From an uncultured Alphaproteobacteria bacterium (GTDB taxonomy: Bacteria > Pseudomonadota > Alphaproteobacteria > Sphingomonadales > Sphingomonadaceae): a stretch of 64,000 bases of DNA. The DNA lies in assembly GCA_963728375.1 (NCBI GenBank), contig CAVSJL010000002.1, positions 37,322-101,321 on the forward strand, in the 5' to 3' direction. Each line of letters opens with the position of its first letter. Within the stretch, counting starts at the first letter, position 1. Shown in pieces: positions 60,563 to 64,000 of this stretch. The notes beneath the pieces are model-generated. The model saw nothing but the letters and a program-made list of their open reading frames with translations. It made no database searches and was not told the origin of the DNA. Both the position numbers and the translations under genes were made by a program.

Positions 60563-60595
60563 GGGGCCCCGCCGGGCAATCGCCGGCGGGGCCCC
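60563..60595 (-). terminator. 13-bp GC hairpin downstream of pstS
   Basis: GGGGCCCCGCCGG-GCAATCG-CCGGCGGGGCCCC, 28 nt after the pstS stop. It shares the CCCCGCCGG/CCGGCGGGG core with the hairpin at 59845-59872. Confidence 0.6.
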
Positions 60596-60622
60596 CAATG
60601 TCGTGAGTTCCTGCGTCCGGGC

Positions 60623-61670
60623 TTACTTGAGCTGGTCGGCCGTCAGCGTGGTGCCGTTCTGGGCGATCGCAGCCGACTTCGCCTGCGTGTCTTCGGCAGC
60701 CGCGACGAATCCGATCTTCGCCAGCGGACCGTCCTTGCCCCAGACCTTGGTCCACTGCTGGACGTAGTCGGCAAGACCCGGGATCACGCCCACGTGCGCC
60801 TTCTTCACGTAGATGTAGAGCGGGCGCGCACCGGGATAGGTGAAGTTCGAGATATTGTCGTAAGTCGCCTCGACCCCGTTCATCCTCTGGTCCTGCAGCT
60901 TCTGGGCGTTCTCTTCGAGATACGAGTAGCCGAACACGCCGACCGCCTTCGGGTTGCCCTCGATCTTCTGCACGATCAGGTTGTCCTGCTCGCCCTGGTC
61001 GACATAGGCCCCGTCGGCGCGCACTTCGGTGCAGAGCTGCTCGAACTTGTCCTTGTCGCTATCCTTGAGCGCCTTCATCGCCGGGTCGCTCTCGCAGCCC
61101 TTGGTCAGGATCAGCTCCTTGAGCGCGTCGCGCGTGCCCGAAGTCGACGGCGGGCCGTATACGAGGATCGGCTCATCGGGCAGCGACGGGTCGACATCCT
61201 TCCAGGTCTTCGCGGTCTGCTCCTTGCCGAACGGCTTGGCGGCGAGCGCCTTGTAGACGATCTCGGGCGTCAGCGGCAGCGTGATGCCGCCCTTGGCGCT
61301 GGCGAAGGCAATCCCGTCGAGGCCGACCTGGATCTCCTCGATGTCGGTCACGCCGTTCTTCTGGCAATCCTCGAATTCCCCCGCCTTCATCCGGCGCGAT
61401 GCGTTGGCGATGTCGGGGTGCTGCGCGCCGACGCCGGCGCAGAACAGCTTGATGCCGCCGCCGGTCCCGGTCGATTCGATCAGCGGGCTTTTCATGTTGG
61501 GGTTCGCCGCGACGAATTCCTCGGCGACCTTCTTGGCGAAGGGATAGACGGTCGACGAGCCGACCGCGCGGATCGAATCGCGGCTGTCCGATGCAGCCGC
61601 CGCTGCCGCCGCATGCGGCGAGTGCCAGGGTGGAAATGGTCGCAACGGCGATGGTCTTGAACTTGGTCAT
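60623..61670 (-). pseudogene. pstS: phosphate ABC transporter substrate-binding protein (PstS family); apparent frameshift ~61600-61620
   Basis: The lipoprotein signal MTKFKTIAVATISTLALAAC is in ORF 61173..61697. The mature part SDSRDSIRAVGSSTVYPFAKKV...STSGTRD... is in ORF 60623..61645. The switch lies in a GCGGCGGCAGCGGCGGC repeat. Confidence 0.8.
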
Positions 61671-61718
61671 CGGTGGTAAGCCCTCAGGAATGGTCACCCG
61701 CGCAGCTAGGCGCGCGAT

Positions 61719-61736
61719 GTGACAGGTGCATGACAG
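61719..61736 (-). promoter_or_regulatory. Pho box (PhoB binding site) upstream of pstS
   Basis: The minus strand reads CTGTCAT-GCAC-CTGTCAC: two 7-nt direct repeats with a 4-nt spacer, matching CTGTCAT-N4-CTGTCAY. It lies 48-66 nt upstream of the pstS ATG. Confidence 0.7.
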
Positions 61737-61769
61737 GTTTTCGGCAATCGTTCAAAACGCCGAGAGGTA

Positions 61770-63152
61770 TCAAAAGTCGATCTGGGCGCGTACACCGAAC
61801 GCATCGACACTGTACGAGCGGTCGCCGCCCGCAGCAGGATAGATCGCGTTGTCGTATTGCATCTGGCCATAGTTGAAGAGGAAGCGGGTGTAATCGGTCG
61901 GGGTCCAGATCAGCGACGCCTGGTACCCGGCCTGCTTTCCGCCCACGATCCCCGCGTCAATCAGGTCGAGCCAGTCGTAGCGCAGGTTGGCCTGCACCGC
62001 TCCGAACCCGCCTTTGTTCACCGGGTTCTTCGGTTTCACGCGGTCGAACTGGCCCTTCTTGTACCCGCGCGTATCACCGCCGGTGAGGAAATAGCCCAAC
62101 CTCGGCATAGCCGCCCGAAAACGTCGGATCAGACAACCCGCCGGGCCGGTTCAGATGCTGCCAGTAATGCTCCGCCGCGGCGTGCAGCGGGCCGGAGATG
62201 ACCGCAGCCTCGAGTCCGTAGCCAGTCTCGCTGTCGGCGCCGAGCGAGCCGGTATCGATGAAGCGCTGGGGGGTGAAGTGCACGAGCGGTCGCTGGCGAT
62301 AACGCACCGTGCTGCCGCTCTCGAGATCGGCGAAGTGGATCGAACCGCCAAGGTGGAACTGGATCTTGCCGCTCTTGGGCATGAACACGATGCGGCCGTC
62401 GGCGCCGCCGTTCTTGTTCTTAGCGCGTCGATGTTGTCGCTGAACACGCCCGCCTGCGCCAGGATCGGCCCCTTCGGCATACTGTACCGAGGCACCGACG
62501 CGGCGCTCGAACCCGAACGCATCGGTGAAGGCGGCGCGCTCGATCATCGATGTGAAGCGGCTGCTGGTCAGCTCTTCCAGGCTTTGAAAGTTGTTGTGCT
62601 GGCCGACCGTGAAGGTCGCCGGACCGTCACTGTAGGTCAGGATCGCGTCGGTGACCTCGACCGAATCGGCGCGAAGTCGAGCTCGAACTTGTAACCGAAA
62701 CCGCCGGGCACGTTGCCCTCGACCCCAAGTCGTGCGCGGCGAGCTTCGTTGCCGAAACCCTCGGGGCGCCCGGTCGAATTGGGGGCGTTGATGAAGCCAG
62801 CGTCGTATTGCAGGCGGCCGCGCGGCTTGAAGCTCCACCCGCCTTTGCCTTCGATCTCGGGCGCGCCGTGCCAGGAAATCGAAGCCGCCGGCTCTGCCTT
62901 GGCCGCCTCGGTCGCCGCTGCCGCGCTCGCGGTCGCCGCGCCGGCGGCGGTTGTGGCCGCCTGCGCCTCGGCCTTGGCGGCATCGAGCTGCGCCTGGAGC
63001 GTGTCGATACGCTCGGCCATCGCTGCCATCTGCGCGCGCATCTGCGCCAGTTCCTGTGCCACATCGGCGCTATCCTGCGCGGCTGCGGGCATCGCCCAGC
63101 CGGCCGATATCGCCAGCGCCAATGTCGAGATCGTGCGTTTCGTTCGTGTCAC
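61770..63152 (-). pseudogene. phosphate-selective porin (OprO/OprP family); four apparent frameshifts (~62670, ~62470, ~62422, ~62097)
   Basis: Signal peptide plus coiled-coil N-terminus (ORF 62637..63152); ADSVEVTDAILTYSDGPATFTVGQHNNFQSLEELTSSRF... (ORF 62074..62838); PILAQAGVFSDNIDA (ORF 62151..62522); GYFLTGGDTRGYKKGQFDRVKP...VRAQIDF (ORF 61770..62108). Confidence 0.75.
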
Positions 63153-63208
63153 TTCCGTTACCCCGTGAAGCCTGGATTACGCTTTCACGCTGTCTCTATG
63201 AGGCTTGT

Positions 63209-63226
63209 GTGACGTCTGTGCGACAG
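63209..63226 (-). promoter_or_regulatory. degenerate Pho-box-like repeat upstream of the porin gene
   Basis: The minus strand reads CTGTCGC-ACAG-ACGTCAC (5/7 + 5/7 matches). It lies 57-74 nt upstream of the GTG start, the same geometry as the pstS box. Confidence 0.35.
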
Positions 63227-63330
63227 TTTCCACAGCGGCGTGCCAGCCCTCCCTGCGCCTCGTGCGTCACCTCGACGCTTGCCCGGAACTGGTTGCAACT
63301 GTAACGGCACCCGCCGAAGGAGTGCCCCCC

Positions 63331-64000
63331 ATGCGCATCGGTTGCCCCAAGGAAATCAAGAACCACGAATATCGCGTCGGCCTGACGCCCGAGAGCGTCC
63401 GCGAACTAACCGCGCACGGCCACGAAGTGTGGATCGAGACCGGCGCCGGAATGGGCATCGGCGCCACCGACATCGACTACCAGGCCTGCGGCGCGGCCAT
63501 CCAGCCCGACGCGAAAACCGTGTTCGACGGCTGCGAGATGATCGTGAAGGTCAAGGAGCCGCAGGCGATCGAGCGCGCGATGCTGCGCGAGGGGCAGATC
63601 CTCTATACCTACCTCCACCTCGCTCCCGATCCCGAGCAGACCGCCGACCTCGTCAAGTCGGGCGTGACCGCCATCGCCTACGAGACGGTGACCGGTCCGG
63701 GCGGTTCGCTGCCGCTATTGAAGCCGATGAGCCAGGTGGCCGGCCGGATGAGTATCCAGGCCGGAGCCACCGCGCTGGAGAAGGCGCACGGCGGCCGCGG
63801 GGTGCTGCTCGGCGGCGTGCCGGGCGTCCTGCCGGGCCGGGTGATGGTGATCGGTGGCGGCGTGGTCGGCTTCAACGCGGCACAGATGGCGGTCGGGCTC
63901 GGTGCCGACGTGACCATTCTCGACCGCGATCCCGAAGTGCTCGAAAAGCTCGGCATCCATTTCGAAAGCCGCGCCAAGACGCGCTTTTCCAACCGCGCGA
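63331..64000 (+). CDS. ald: alanine dehydrogenase; 5' part only, runs off the right edge
   Basis: Not in the ORF track because there is no stop. GAAGGAG RBS, then [40 protein letters not shown]...[28 protein letters not shown]. Confidence 0.93.
   Translation, partial: MRIGCPKEIKNHEYRVGLTPESVRELTAHGHEVWIETGAGMGIGATDIDYQACGAAIQPDAKTVFDGCEMIVKVKEPQAIERAMLREGQILYTYLHLAPDPEQTADLVKSGVTAIAYETVTGPGGSLPLLKPMSQVAGRMSIQAGATALEKAHGGRGVLLGGVPGVLPGRVMVIGGGVVGFNAAQMAVGLGADVTILDRDPEVLEKLGIHFESRAKTRFSNRA

Overview
A 64-kb, high-GC, gene-dense chromosomal segment. Its proteins read like an alphaproteobacterium of the Sphingomonadales (Erythrobacter/Sphingomonas type); this call was made by eye, without a search. 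About 60 protein-coding genes are supported. They are mostly housekeeping genes (nrdA/nrdB, nadB, tldD, guaA, gyrB, mccB/ivd, lgt, glnD, ftsK, ald) interleaved with transporters, hydrolases and small conserved hypothetical proteins. I found no rRNA, tRNA, CRISPR array, transposase, integrase or phage gene, and nothing resembling a defence island. Points worth a second look: (1) About 23-24 apparent single-base frameshifts break 13-14 otherwise recognisable genes. They cluster at 42.8-45.4 kb and 61.6-62.7 kb, while the long core genes are intact; this is either assembly indel error or real gene decay. (2) A roughly 270-nt intergenic stretch (24.43-24.70 kb) folds into hairpins with CU-rich loops of anti-Shine-Dalgarno type. 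It is bracketed by two near-identical small hairpins and followed by a 26-codon hydrophobic ORF, making it a candidate sRNA locus. (3) Several sigma-EcfG (general stress) type promoters, GGAAC-N16/17-CGTT, sit in front of small secreted or membrane proteins. (4) A canonical Pho box lies upstream of pstS, and a weaker one upstream of an OprP-type porin. (5) nrdA and nrdB are split by a 1.27-kb insert carrying a PepSY-TM gene with a Fur-like operator and a DUF2171 gene. (6) There are conserved unknown-function gene pairs (TIGR02587/TIGR02588-like, and DUF1326/DUF2182 inside the leucine-catabolism cluster). I cannot point to a convincing wholly new multi-gene system, so the candidates carry modest scores. 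All family assignments come from motif recognition in the translated ORFs, not from database searches.
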